A stretch of 59,380 nt of DNA, the filler included. It is 3 parts of 3 records of this genome, joined end to end, with 100 filler letters (N's around TTAATTAATTAA, not from the genome) between each part and the next. Parts side by side here need not be neighbours in the genome. Positions count along the whole stretch, not along the records: positions 33,259 to 59,380 come from DRR723986_18341; 2 more parts are not named here. One strand, 5' to 3'. Shown here piece by piece: positions 49,300 to 59,320 of the stretch (within the stretch, counting starts at the first letter, position 1; every line of letters begins with the position of its first letter). A program made the position numbers and the translations under genes. Under the pieces are notes generated by a model. That model saw nothing but the letters and a program-made list of their open reading frames with translations, was not told the origin of the DNA and made no database searches.

Positions 49300-49439
49300 T
49301 CAGAAAGTCGAGAGTAGGTTGAGTAGGAATGAACGGCAAATTTGGGTGTTGAAAAGCTGTTAATTCTTATTCAAAGAAATGTAATTAGGCGGTATTGCCA
49401 AAATAATTTGGGAGAGAATTTATTCGGATTTTGAAACAA

Positions 49440-49484
49440 AAAAAATAAAACAAAAACCACAGCCTCTTTCGATGCCGTGGTTTC
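49440..49484 (-). terminator. Terminator downstream of transketolase genes
   Basis: Minus strand AAACCACGGC...GCTGTGGTTT followed by T-rich tract. Confidence 0.75.
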
Positions 49485-49529
49485 ATGTATTGTTAAGCTG
49501 CTTCTCCAGAAGCAGCTTGGATACTATTC

Positions 49530-50498
49530 TTACTTTCTAGCTAATACTTTCTTAGCAGCCGCTACGATATTTGCAGCATCAAGTCCATATTTGTCCAATA
49601 ACTGGGTAGGAGTGCCAGACTCTCCGAAGCTGTCATTAACTCCTACATATTCCATAGGAGCAGGGTTGTTTCTAGCTAAGGTTTGTGCTACACTATCACC
49701 CAAGCCACCATTGTATTGGTGTTCTTCGGCAGTTACTGCACAGCCAGTTTTAGCTACAGAATCAAGAATTGCTTCCTCGTCCAATGGCTTGATGGTATGA
49801 ATATTAATCACTTCAGCTGAGATACCTTCTGATCTTAAAATTGCTTCGGCTACTACAGCTTCCCAAACCAAATGTCCAGTAGCGAAAATGGTCACATCAG
49901 TACCTTCGATCATTTTCCAAGCCTTCCCAATTTCAAACTTTTGAGCTGGATCCGTGAAAATAGGCCAGGATGGACGCCCGAATCTCAGGTAAACAGGACC
50001 CTCGTAATCAGCAATCGCAATCGTAGCAGCTTTCGTCTGGTTATAATCGCAAGGATTAATCACCGTCATGTGAGGAAGCATTTTCATCATACCCACATCT
50101 TCCAGAATCTGGTGAGTTGCTCCGTCTTCACCTAGCGTCAAGCCAGCGTGAGAAGCACAGATTTTTACGTTTTTACTTGAGTAGGCAATAGACTGACGAA
50201 TCTGATCGTACACACGACCAGTAGAGAAGTTGGCGAAGGTACCTGTGAAAGGAATTTTGCCATTGATAGTCATACCTGCGGCGATGCCCATCATATTTGC
50301 TTCTGCGATACCGGTTTGGAAGAATCTTTCCGGGAATTCCTTCTGGAATGCACCCATCTTTAATGATCCGATCAAATCAGCACAAAGGCCCACCACATTA
50401 GGGTTTCTACGACCAGCTTCCAGGAAGCCATCGCCGAATCCGGAACGTGTATCTTTTTTTTCTGTATAGTTGAATTTTAAATCCAATGTCTTTTCCAT
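49530..50498 (-). CDS. Transketolase, C-terminal subunit
   Basis: GIAEANM, GEDGATHQ, PVYLRFGR, TIKPLD, AEEH. Confidence 0.95.
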   Translation of the reverse strand: MEKTLDLKFNYTEKKDTRSGFGDGFLEAGRRNPNVVGLCADLIGSLKMGAFQKEFPERFFQTGIAEANMMGIAAGMTINGKIPFTGTFANFSTGRVYDQIRQSIAYSSKNVKICASHAGLTLGEDGATHQILEDVGMMKMLPHMTVINPCDYNQTKAATIAIADYEGPVYLRFGRPSWPIFTDPAQKFEIGKAWKMIEGTDVTIFATGHLVWEAVVAEAILRSEGISAEVINIHTIKPLDEEAILDSVAKTGCAVTAEEHQYNGGLGDSVAQTLARNNPAPMEYVGVNDSFGESGTPTQLLDKYGLDAANIVAAAKKVLARK

Positions 50499-50535
50499 GT
50501 TTTCTTTTCGTTGAATGGTCTAAAAATCGCCTTAA

Positions 50536-51387
50536 TTAAAAATCACCAATTGTTTCTGGCAACTGTCCTAAAGCGTTTGCTAATTGCTCATCACTAGGAG
50601 CAATTCCATGCCATTTGTGTGTACCTACCATAAAATCAACTCCAAAGCCCATTTCGGTGTGAAGCAAATTCATAACTGGCTTTCCTTTTCCACTTAGGCT
50701 TTTTGCTTTTTCCAGTCCTTCTACTACAGACTTCATGTCATTTCCCTGCAGGGTGTCGATAACTTCCCATCCGAAAGATTCATATTTAGCTCTTAAATCG
50801 ATTAAGTCCATGATCTCAGCTGTAGGTCCATCGATCTGCTGCCTATTAAGGTCAATAGTAGCGATAAGATTGTCTACTTTCCAGTGAGCAGCATACATAG
50901 CCGCTTCCCAAACTTGGCCTTCTTCCTGCTCTCCATCACCCATCAATACAAAGACAGTGCTGTCATCACCATCAATTTTTTTAGCCTGAGCTGCTCCGAT
51001 TGCTACTGACAATCCTTGTCCCAAAGACCCAGATGCAATTCTGATTCCCGGTAGACCTTCTTCAGTCGCTGGGTGACCTTGAAGTCTTGAATTCAGTTTT
51101 CTGAACGTGTCCATTTCCTCAGGAGAAAAATAGCCTGATCGGGAAAGTACAGAATACCATACTGGTGAGATATGTCCATTGGAAAGGAAAAATAGGTCTT
51201 CACCTTTGCCTTCCATTTTGAAATTAGGATCGTGATTGAGTTGGTTGAAATAAAGAGCTACAAAGAACTCAGTGCAACCAAGAGATGCTCCTGGGTGCCC
51301 GGATTGGACCGCATGAACCATGCGGAGAATGTCTCTACGTACCTGAGATGCGGTACTTTCGAGCTGCTCGATTGTTTGTTTTTCCAT
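50536..51387 (-). CDS. Transketolase, N-terminal subunit
   Basis: SGHPGASL, LSNGH, LQGHP, GSLGQG, GDGEQEEG TPP motif. Confidence 0.95.
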   Translation of the reverse strand: MEKQTIEQLESTASQVRRDILRMVHAVQSGHPGASLGCTEFFVALYFNQLNHDPNFKMEGKGEDLFFLSNGHISPVWYSVLSRSGYFSPEEMDTFRKLNSRLQGHPATEEGLPGIRIASGSLGQGLSVAIGAAQAKKIDGDDSTVFVLMGDGEQEEGQVWEAAMYAAHWKVDNLIATIDLNRQQIDGPTAEIMDLIDLRAKYESFGWEVIDTLQGNDMKSVVEGLEKAKSLSGKGKPVMNLLHTEMGFGVDFMVGTHKWHGIAPSDEQLANALGQLPETIGDF

Positions 51388-51400
51388 TAGGGATATAGGT

Positions 51401-51850
51401 TTAATTTAGGATTTGTGCTGTGTGATCTTTTGTGTTTACTTTTTCTATGATTTCGGATATTTTTCCTTCCTCATCTATTACAAAAGTGGTTCGGACAGTA
51501 CCCATGTAGGTTTTGCCAAAAGTATTTTTTTCTTTCCATGTGCCATAAGCTTCGTGTACTTTCAAATCAGTATCGGCGATTAAAGAAAATGGAAGTTCTT
51601 GTTTTTCTTTGAATTTAACGTGTGACTTTTCAGCATCTGAGCTTACCCCGAAAACCACATAGCCGGCTTTTTGCAAGGCTTCGTAATTATCTCTTAGGTT
51701 ACATGCCTGAGCTGTACATCCTGGAGTAGCATCTTTAGGATAAAAATAGAGTACCACTTTTTTTCCTCTATAGTCAGAAAGCTTGATCGTTTCTCCTGTT
51801 TCAATTTTAGCTTCAAAATCTGGGGCCATTTGGCCTTTTTCTAAGTTCAT
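51401..51850 (-). CDS. bcp: Thioredoxin-dependent thiol peroxidase (BCP)
   Basis: YFYPKDATPGCTAQAC, RTTFVID. Confidence 0.95.
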   Translation of the reverse strand: MNLEKGQMAPDFEAKIETGETIKLSDYRGKKVVLYFYPKDATPGCTAQACNLRDNYEALQKAGYVVFGVSSDAEKSHVKFKEKQELPFSLIADTDLKVHEAYGTWKEKNTFGKTYMGTVRTTFVIDEEGKISEIIEKVNTKDHTAQILN

Positions 51851-51874
51851 ATGCTAGTGTTTAGGGGGCCTAAT

Positions 51875-53749
51875 TTAACCAATCGTTCCTTTCCATTCAG
51901 CAGTATTGCCAGCTTTATCGGTAACTTTTAATAAAACTTCCCCCTTGAAGGGTAGATTTTCAAGTTTTTCTGACCAAATGACCGCTTGTTTGTATTCATA
52001 CCTCATTAGTACCCATTTGCCATTCACATAGGCTTCATAGGTGTCGATTCCTGATAAATCATCCCGAATGATATATCGAAGTTCGGTGGAATTCACTCTT
52101 ACCACCTTAATTGTTGGTTTGGTGTTGTCCTGTAAAACGGAGATCTCCCCTAGAGATCTGGAGTTGAAACTCAAAGTATCCCCAGTCCAAGTTCCTCCCA
52201 AAAATGACTTAGCACCGCCTGAAGTATAGTAGGCATGGGAGCGGACCTTATTTCCGGAATACCCAGGAAGATTCCAGTTTATATTCATAGAATTCCAAAG
52301 ATATTCCCGGCTGTCATTGATTACCAAACGTGGCGAATTGGAAGATCCACTTTGAGAAATTCTCAAAAAGAAATCGTCCAAAACTGTTTCGGGACTGAAG
52401 TTCACCTGTAAGTTTTGCTCTGAATAGGAGGTCTGCTTTCCGGCAGGAATTATTGCTTTGATCCCCGGTGTAAGAACTTCTGTGCAAATATCAATTTCTT
52501 CAGGAATACCAAAATTCATATCCCAGAGATAGGTTCTACTGTTTTCATCTTGGTATGCTGGAAGCATTTCAAATGAATGTGCACCCACCTGAAATTTAGC
52601 CAAACCGCCTTTTGGAGAGATTGGAGCTTTGATTTTCAAGATATTATTAATGTAATCTAAGGATGCTTTGGAAGGCGCAACTCCATCATTGATGTTTGAT
52701 TCCCTATCTTGACCGAGCAGGGTGAAATTAATCTGACGCTCATTGCCATAGGCATCCCGAAGCTTGAGTTGATAAGCTTTTTTTACTCTAGGGTCAAGCT
52801 CGAGGTGACCTGTAGAGGAGGATTCAGGTGTAATAAATTTAAATTTTAAATTCTCCTGAAAATATAGCTTGGTATAGCGATTCTGATAAGTATGTTGAAG
52901 AAATTGTCTGGTATAGTTGAAATCAACCTTATCTACAGTCAAATTTAAAACGGTTCCTGTGCCATCGGTCAACTCAAAAGTTGGAAAACCATTTCTATTA
53001 CTTGCACCATCAAGCTGATCATAACTTCGTATTTCTATACCTACTTTACCCGTGATCTGTATATCATTTGGTAAACGATAATTAGAACCGCTGGCTACTG
53101 GCGTCACTTCCAGCCTGGCAAATTTCCCATTCACTCTAGAGTCTATAGCTAAGGGAACAATGGCAATACTTTGCGGTACTGGTGCCGTTTTATCGACGAT
53201 TTCAGGAAAGCCAAATAGGAGTGGGTCCATCGCCCTGTCCAGGCTATCCCGAATCTCAAAGTGCAGATGTGGACCCCCAGAACCACCTGTGTTTCCGCTA
53301 TCCGCTATCTTTTGACCCTGTTTTACAGGAAGTTCTCCCGGCTCAGGATATACTTCTAAGTCAATTGCTTTTGCTTCATACATCTTCTTACGCATGTAAT
53401 CGCTAAGCTCCTTGTTGAAATTTCGTAAGTGACCGTAAAGTGTGATTTTACCATTGGGGTGCTTGAGGTAAATCACATTACCATACCCAAATGAAGAGAT
53501 TTTAATGCGGTGAACCCACCCATCAGCAGCTGCCAAAATAGGAAGACCTTCCTGTCCTCCTGTTTTGAAATCCAAGCCGGTATGGAAGTGATTAGGTCTT
53601 AGTTCAGCAAAATTCCCTGATAAGTAGTTTCTTGTACCAGGCTTAATGGGGTTTTTGAAATAGCCCTTATCAACTTCCTGAGCATCAAGCTTGAAAGAGG
53701 CGGTTAATCCAAGAAATATAAGTGCGTAGCCTAGTTTACTTAACTTCAA
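51875..53749 (-). CDS. M23 family metallopeptidase
   Basis: HFHTGLD, YGHL, GNTGGSGGPHLHFEIR; signal peptide. Confidence 0.92.
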   Translation of the reverse strand: MKLSKLGYALIFLGLTASFKLDAQEVDKGYFKNPIKPGTRNYLSGNFAELRPNHFHTGLDFKTGGQEGLPILAAADGWVHRIKISSFGYGNVIYLKHPNGKITLYGHLRNFNKELSDYMRKKMYEAKAIDLEVYPEPGELPVKQGQKIADSGNTGGSGGPHLHFEIRDSLDRAMDPLLFGFPEIVDKTAPVPQSIAIVPLAIDSRVNGKFARLEVTPVASGSNYRLPNDIQITGKVGIEIRSYDQLDGASNRNGFPTFELTDGTGTVLNLTVDKVDFNYTRQFLQHTYQNRYTKLYFQENLKFKFITPESSSTGHLELDPRVKKAYQLKLRDAYGNERQINFTLLGQDRESNINDGVAPSKASLDYINNILKIKAPISPKGGLAKFQVGAHSFEMLPAYQDENSRTYLWDMNFGIPEEIDICTEVLTPGIKAIIPAGKQTSYSEQNLQVNFSPETVLDDFFLRISQSGSSNSPRLVINDSREYLWNSMNINWNLPGYSGNKVRSHAYYTSGGAKSFLGGTWTGDTLSFNSRSLGEISVLQDNTKPTIKVVRVNSTELRYIIRDDLSGIDTYEAYVNGKWVLMRYEYKQAVIWSEKLENLPFKGEVLLKVTDKAGNTAEWKGTIG

Positions 53750-54347
53750 AATCCAGCAGCTTTTCTGTCCCTATAAATCCTTCCAATTTGTCTCCAATAT
53801 GAACAGGCCCGACACCTGCCGGAGTTCCTGTATAGATCAGGTCTCCTGTCTTAAGCATAAAGAATTGAGACACGTATTCTATGATTGTTCCAAAGTCAAA
53901 CAGCATCAAAGAAGTGTTGCCTTTTTGACGTGTTTCTCCATTGATATTCAGATGAAAATCTATGTTTTTCAAATCTGTAAAATCATCCACTGATTTGAAT
54001 CCGCCTATAGGTGCCGCGCCATTAAATCCTTTAGCAATTTCCCAAGGCAAACCTTTGGCTTTACATTGATCCTGCAAGTCTCGTGCTGTGAAGTCAATTC
54101 CAAAACCAATCTCATTGAAATAACGATGAGCAAATTTCTTCTGGATGAATTTTCCCTGCTTGGAAATCTTCAGAACCAGTTCAGCTTCATGATGGATGTT
54201 TTTGGAGAAATCAGGGTAGAAAAAAGGTGCCCCATCCTTTAATAGGGCAGTGTCTGGTTTTAGAAAAACAACTGGATCGCCAGGGGTTTCATTTTTCAAT
54301 TCCTCTATATGGGCCGCATAATTTCGGCCTATGCAAATGATCTTCAT
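53736..54347 (-). CDS. Fumarylacetoacetate hydrolase family protein
   Basis: KIICIGRNY, HHEAEL, DFTARDLQ, GDLIYTGTPAGVG. Confidence 0.95.
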   Translation of the reverse strand: MKIICIGRNYAAHIEELKNETPGDPVVFLKPDTALLKDGAPFFYPDFSKNIHHEAELVLKISKQGKFIQKKFAHRYFNEIGFGIDFTARDLQDQCKAKGLPWEIAKGFNGAAPIGGFKSVDDFTDLKNIDFHLNINGETRQKGNTSLMLFDFGTIIEYVSQFFMLKTGDLIYTGTPAGVGPVHIGDKLEGFIGTEKLLDFEVK

Positions 54348-54353
54348 ATATAA

Positions 54354-55037
54354 TTAATCTATAGCTTGGAAAGTCATCAAGGTTAGACCTGATTCATTCA
54401 ACAAGTAAAGTTGGTTGTTTTCCAGTTTATATCCGCGAGTATCTGTCAATGCCTTGGAAATTGCATGTTCAACACTCATATCGGGGCAAGCCATTCTCGT
54501 AGCCGCGCCGGGACCAAGTAGAAGTTTCTCTCCATCATTTTCCTTGATCTCACCACGTACAGAATTGCAGCCCATGTTTCCTACATAGGTTTTCTTCGAA
54601 GCATTAAACTCAAAGGTTAAAGCTTCTTTGTTTTTGAAACCTGTTGGGTTTTCTATTTCGCCTACTTGAATGATTTTCCAGATGTTAGTCAGGCGCAAAG
54701 CGGGGTCAGGATTTTTACTTAATATCTCCACAAGCTGATAAATTTTAGATGAAGCATCCGCGGGAACTGGTGGCTCTCTGTCTGTGATTTTTACTTTGAT
54801 CTGGTAAATATTGCCTGGCTCATAGTCAAACCCTTGAATAGAACTGTAGAAAAACTCCCAGGATCCCGGGTTAATCTCAGCTCCTTTTTGAATTTGAAGA
54901 CAAGACATAGGACCAACTCCAACGCAATCCATTTTAGAAGAATTTATCCACCAAGTTTCTGTGTTTTCTTCCGCCTGACGCTCACATGCAACTGCTGCCA
55001 GAATAGTGCTGATGAATAGAAATAGGATAGTTTTCAT
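54354..55037 (-). CDS. DUF4377 + META domain lipoprotein
   Basis: Lipobox AVAC; CVGVGPMSCLQ, IQGFDYEPG, PADASS; GCN and TRMAC. Confidence 0.88.
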   Translation of the reverse strand: MKTILFLFISTILAAVACERQAEENTETWWINSSKMDCVGVGPMSCLQIQKGAEINPGSWEFFYSSIQGFDYEPGNIYQIKVKITDREPPVPADASSKIYQLVEILSKNPDPALRLTNIWKIIQVGEIENPTGFKNKEALTFEFNASKKTYVGNMGCNSVRGEIKENDGEKLLLGPGAATRMACPDMSVEHAISKALTDTRGYKLENNQLYLLNESGLTLMTFQAID

Positions 55038-55102
55038 GGCTTAAAAGTTTAAATGTATTAGTCTTTGTTTGCAGTCAAAGTTTTTCATGCGACAGATTAT
55101 GG

Positions 55103-55179
55103 TCTTTATTCTTGCTTCTAGCATCTTGCTTCTTGACTCTAAAATCTTGATTCTTATGTCTAGATACTTATCTCTAATC
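55103..55179. repeat. Degenerate heptamer tandem repeat, 11 units
   Basis: TCTTTAT TCTTGCT TCTAGCA TCTTGCT TCTTGAC TCTAAAA TCTTGAT TCTTATG TCTAGAT ACTTATC TCTAATC. Confidence 0.85.
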
Positions 55180-55195
55180 AACCATACATAATTCT

Positions 55196-55924
55196 CTAGT
55201 AAATTGAAACTAGCTGTTCAAATAGTTTTTCTGTCCAAAGGCTATACATTTTAGCGCTGGGATGAAGACCATCTGCAGCAAGCATTTCTTCCTGGCTGCC
55301 CAAAGCGCGATATTGCTCGGTAATGTCAATATAGGTAACCCCGTTTTTTTCGCAGATTTTAGCTTTAATGCTATTGTAGGAGTCAATTTCCTGTGCGATC
55401 TTACTTTGATCTCTACCACTTTTATTTGCAAATGGGGTAATTCCCCAATCTGGTATAGACAAAACCACCACATGCTTGGTATTCACAGCCGCAAAACTTA
55501 TTGCCTTTAAAAGCATGGTTTCAAACTCCTCTTCAAATTTACTTATAGGAAGACCTCGATATTGATTATTTACTCCTATAGAAAGCGTTACCAAATCGTA
55601 GGTATTTCCTTCAATATTCTCTGCCTTGATGCCTTTTTCAAGTTCGTCAACTGTCCAGCCTGTGCGGGCGATGACCTTTGGTGAAGCCCACTTTTTGTCA
55701 GTTTCGGTATTTAGTTTGGCGATCAATTGGCTTGGATATCGCCCTGTATCGCTTACACCTTCACCTATCGTATAGCTATCGCCCAGCGCCAAATAAGTGA
55801 GTTGATCAGAGTTGTCTGTGGGATTTTCAGTCATAGGTTTTTCAGAATCTTCTGGAAGCATATTATTGGAGCTTTTGCAGGAAAATATCCCCAGAATGAT
55901 AATTGTAAGTAATGTAAACTTCAT
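55196..55924 (-). CDS. SGNH/GDSL hydrolase lipoprotein
   Basis: Lipobox IFSC; LGDSYT, TGWT, GVNN, DGLHP. Confidence 0.94.
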   Translation of the reverse strand: MKFTLLTIIILGIFSCKSSNNMLPEDSEKPMTENPTDNSDQLTYLALGDSYTIGEGVSDTGRYPSQLIAKLNTETDKKWASPKVIARTGWTVDELEKGIKAENIEGNTYDLVTLSIGVNNQYRGLPISKFEEEFETMLLKAISFAAVNTKHVVVLSIPDWGITPFANKSGRDQSKIAQEIDSYNSIKAKICEKNGVTYIDITEQYRALGSQEEMLAADGLHPSAKMYSLWTEKLFEQLVSIY

Positions 55925-55941
55925 AGTAAGTCTTCTAATTC

Positions 55942-56982
55942 TTACTCAAATACGGATTCAAGCAGCGAAATGGTTCCCTTATCTGCATCCATGGCAACTT
56001 TTCCGCCTACTGGAATAATGAACTGCTTAGATATATGACCAATCATCGCGCCAGTGTAAGCGGGAATGTTCAAAGGTAAGATGTAATCATCCATGACCTG
56101 ATCTAAGGTAAGAGATCCATAACCACCGCCAGGTTCGCAGTCTGAACATTGCCCAAACACAAAACCTTTGAGTTGGTCCAGGGTACCGTTGAGTTTTAAT
56201 GTACTCATCATGCGGTCCATTTTGTATGGGTCTTCTCCTATATCTTCGATGAAAAGAATTGCGTCTTTGAAATCAGGATAATAAGGAGAGCCCGAGATTG
56301 CTGTCAAAACAGTAAGATTTCCACCCAGGATTTTTCCTTCTGCAATCCCACCTTTAAGTGTTTGAATTCTATTTGATTTGACCACCAGATCATCACTTTC
56401 CCCATGGATATTTTTGAATATTACTTTTTCTTTTTCTATAAATACTTTCTCAAACTGCTCCACGTTGAAGCTATTCCAGGTACTCGATCCCATGGGGCCA
56501 TGGAAGGTGATTAAGCCGGTTTGTGCATGAATCGCACAGTGCAAAGCTGTGATATCTGAATATCCAAGAAGTGGTTTTGGGTTCTTGGCAATTGCCTTAT
56601 AATCAATCAAAGGCAAAATCCGCGCAGCACCAGAGCCACCACGTATGCAGATAATTGCTTTTACCTCTTTGTCGGCAAACATTTCATTCAAATCTGAAGC
56701 TCGTTCTTCATCAGTTCCTGCCAAATGTCCGTATCGGTTTTTGAGGTTTGCTCCGAGTTTTACCTGGAATCCTAGCGCTTCCAATGCTTCTTCTGCGAAG
56801 GTAAACTGCATTCTATCTGCCATAGCAGCAGATGGAGCTATCAAGCCTACTGTATCTCCTTTTTTGATTGCCTTCGGCAAAACCGTTTTGGGGTCATATG
56901 CCGAATGGGCTGAATCCCATGAAACTAATGGGAGTGAGGCTGAAAGTAGTCCTAGGGATTTTAAGAAAGCGCGTTTTTGCAT
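55942..56982 (-). CDS. S66 family LD-carboxypeptidase
   Basis: RGGSGA, GYSDIT, HGP, GGNL, FIEDIGE, IGH; Tat-like KRAFLK leader. Confidence 0.93.
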   Translation of the reverse strand: MQKRAFLKSLGLLSASLPLVSWDSAHSAYDPKTVLPKAIKKGDTVGLIAPSAAMADRMQFTFAEEALEALGFQVKLGANLKNRYGHLAGTDEERASDLNEMFADKEVKAIICIRGGSGAARILPLIDYKAIAKNPKPLLGYSDITALHCAIHAQTGLITFHGPMGSSTWNSFNVEQFEKVFIEKEKVIFKNIHGESDDLVVKSNRIQTLKGGIAEGKILGGNLTVLTAISGSPYYPDFKDAILFIEDIGEDPYKMDRMMSTLKLNGTLDQLKGFVFGQCSDCEPGGGYGSLTLDQVMDDYILPLNIPAYTGAMIGHISKQFIIPVGGKVAMDADKGTISLLESVFE

Positions 56983-57323
56983 CTGTAAAGGGAGTGTAAT
57001 TCTGAAACGTGAAAATAAGGCTTTTTTATTTTTAAGTTAAAGTCTCCCGCCTGGGCACAGAAGCCCAATGAAAATTTAGCAAGTAAAATGGTTGCTGAAA
57101 TTAATCATTGAGGTTTTTCTAACCTCGAAGTTTTATTTCTGAGGTAAAATGGATTTAAACCACAGAGTTCACAGAGATTTTCGCAGAGAACGTAATAGGT
57201 GCAAAAAATCTTTCGCCCATCCTTCGTCTATTATTTAAGATCAAGTCTAGAAGCTTTATACTAATTTACGCAAGACAGGTAATTGCTGCCTTTTTCTTGA
57301 GTTTGATAATTGTCCATTGTTAC

Positions 57324-57911
57324 TTAATCCCCTTTCCTTACCAGCATTCCTTTCATCTGCTCAATCATTGGCTTGAGTTCTTTATCGTACTTTTTCACTT
57401 TTCTTTTTATTTGCCAATGCATAAAGCCAAGAATGGCTAAAGTTAATGCGAGATGGATTCCAACTCGTGTGATGGCATTTAAGGGTTCCAATAAGATGTA
57501 GTAAGAAATATTCAGCGCTAGTATGAGTAGAAAAGTATAGGCATACATGTGCTTTCTTGCTATCTCATAGCGGAAGTTCAGCTTTTTGATCTGGGCCTTC
57601 AAATAGTCAGAATTGCTGAATCGTTCGCTGGAGTCATTTTTGCGGACTTTTGACCGGAGAGTCAAGCCCAAAACCCATATCATGGCGAAAGCGATTATAT
57701 ACAAGCTGATTGCTATGCCAATGCTTTCCCTCCATGGCATAGACCAAAAGAGAAACCCAATTGTGAGAGGTGTGATTAGCATCATGAAAATCATCTCTCT
57801 TCTTTGTTTTACTTCAGTTTTTCTCAGCCCTTCCATCAATGAATTGATGTCAAAATCAATAGGCTTCTGAGCCTGCCAAAGCTTTTGTATGTCTTCGAAA
57901 TTATTTTCCAT
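57324..57911 (-). CDS. Four-TM membrane protein, probable anti-sigma factor
   Basis: FEDIQKLWQ N-terminus, four hydrophobic segments, overlaps ECF sigma stop. Confidence 0.7.
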   Translation of the reverse strand: MENNFEDIQKLWQAQKPIDFDINSLMEGLRKTEVKQRREMIFMMLITPLTIGFLFWSMPWRESIGIAISLYIIAFAMIWVLGLTLRSKVRKNDSSERFSNSDYLKAQIKKLNFRYEIARKHMYAYTFLLILALNISYYILLEPLNAITRVGIHLALTLAILGFMHWQIKRKVKKYDKELKPMIEQMKGMLVRKGD

Positions 57912-58404
57912 GGGGATTGAGAAGTTGAGTGAGTGAGGCTTTGATACGGTTTACTTTTACAGCTACATAATTCTCAGTAATTCCTGTGATCTCAGCGATT
58001 GTTTTATACGGTGTGTTCTCCAGTAGCAGCGTTGCAATAACCCGATCAGTTTCGGCCAATGAAGAAATGGCTTCATAGAGTTTTTTGATTTGTAATTCCT
58101 GCTCTAGACTGTTGTTTTCTGGTTCGGCAAGATCCATCCCATTTGGTAGCTCAGCTTGTTCGGGCTTCTTTTTTTCTTTTGCAGAGAAGGTAATGGCAGT
58201 ATTATAAGCGATTCTATAAATCCAGGTGCTTACTTCACTTTCCCTTCGAAAGCTATCCAGATGTCTCCAGATCTTGATTAGAATCTCTTGAAACAGGTCG
58301 TGAGCCAGTTCTCTATCCTTCACAAAACCCAGGCAAAGACGGAAAATTTTGTCTTTGTGGGTTTTGTAGAGGTTTTCAAATTCCAGATCTTTCCTGTGCT
58401 TCAT
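57901..58404 (-). CDS. ECF sigma factor
   Basis: DLFQE, STWIYRIAYN, YKTIAEITGI..YVAVKVNRIK. Confidence 0.95.
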   Translation of the reverse strand: MKHRKDLEFENLYKTHKDKIFRLCLGFVKDRELAHDLFQEILIKIWRHLDSFRRESEVSTWIYRIAYNTAITFSAKEKKKPEQAELPNGMDLAEPENNSLEQELQIKKLYEAISSLAETDRVIATLLLENTPYKTIAEITGITENYVAVKVNRIKASLTQLLNPHGK

Positions 58405-59258
58405 TTGAGAAAATTCTGGATTTCAGCCAAAAACCAATCTGGGTTATCCCACATTATAAAGTGATGAGCAGTGGGAGCCATTTCTATTTGAACATTTTCA
58501 GCCAGTTGATATTGCTGCTCCAAATTTGACTTTACTGATTCTGCAGTCATCCCATAATCTTTTCCAGCGTGCCATGCTCCCAAAACAAGAATTGGCGTTT
58601 TGAGTGTATTGAGATTCTGTCGGTAATCAGTAATCATCAATTCGTAGATTGCTTGTCCTACAGTAGCCCGGTCACTTTTCATGGACCAATCCACTAGCTG
58701 GGGTATTTTAGTTGTAGAGGTAGTCATCATTGGCATACTTGCAGTTTGCTGACTTTCAAAGTCCTCAGGATTGGAGTTCACGATCATAGACTTGGTTTGC
58801 TTAGCCATAGGAACCATCATTTCTACTGTCGCTGCAGGATTCATCGCAGCGGAATAAAAAGGGTAGGAGTCTACTATAATTACTTTTGAAATCAGGTCTG
58901 GATGCTCATTTGCAAGTTGAAGGGATAAAAAACCACCCAAACTATGACCTATTAGTTCTACAGGCTGGTCAAGTTGCTGAATGTATTCTGCAATTTCAGA
59001 TTTTACATTAGGTAAAAAACCATTAGTTAGATTTTCTGCGGGCTGACCAGCGAAACCAGGCAAAGTCAGTACATGACAAGTATTTGTTTTGCTGAGTTCG
59101 GTAACTGTTTCCTTCCAAACCTCCCCTGAAGAAGCTAGTCCTGGAATTAAAATAATTACTGGTCCGGATCCGGATACTTTGCTATCAAAGGAGTTTTGGG
59201 AATAGGAGAGGGTTACAAATCCGAAAAAGAGGATGTAAAGAATAAGTGATTTTTTCAT
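58401..59258 (-). CDS. Exported alpha/beta hydrolase
   Basis: Signal peptide MKKSLIL..SYS-Q; IPGLAS, GHSLGG, HHFIMWD. Confidence 0.93.
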   Translation of the reverse strand: MKKSLILYILFFGFVTLSYSQNSFDSKVSGSGPVIILIPGLASSGEVWKETVTELSKTNTCHVLTLPGFAGQPAENLTNGFLPNVKSEIAEYIQQLDQPVELIGHSLGGFLSLQLANEHPDLISKVIIVDSYPFYSAAMNPAATVEMMVPMAKQTKSMIVNSNPEDFESQQTASMPMMTTSTTKIPQLVDWSMKSDRATVGQAIYELMITDYRQNLNTLKTPILVLGAWHAGKDYGMTAESVKSNLEQQYQLAENVQIEMAPTAHHFIMWDNPDWFLAEIQNFLK

Positions 59259-59280
59259 GGTGCGAGTTGTTTTATCCTTT

Positions 59281-59307
59281 AGACCATGGCTTGACTGATT
59301 CCTTACA
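59281..59307 (-). promoter_or_regulatory. Putative ECF-sigma promoter for hydrolase-ECF-anti-sigma operon
   Basis: Minus strand TGTAAG-N16-GGTCT, about 22 nt upstream of the ATG. Confidence 0.55.
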
Positions 59308-59320
59308 GATTTTGTAAAAA

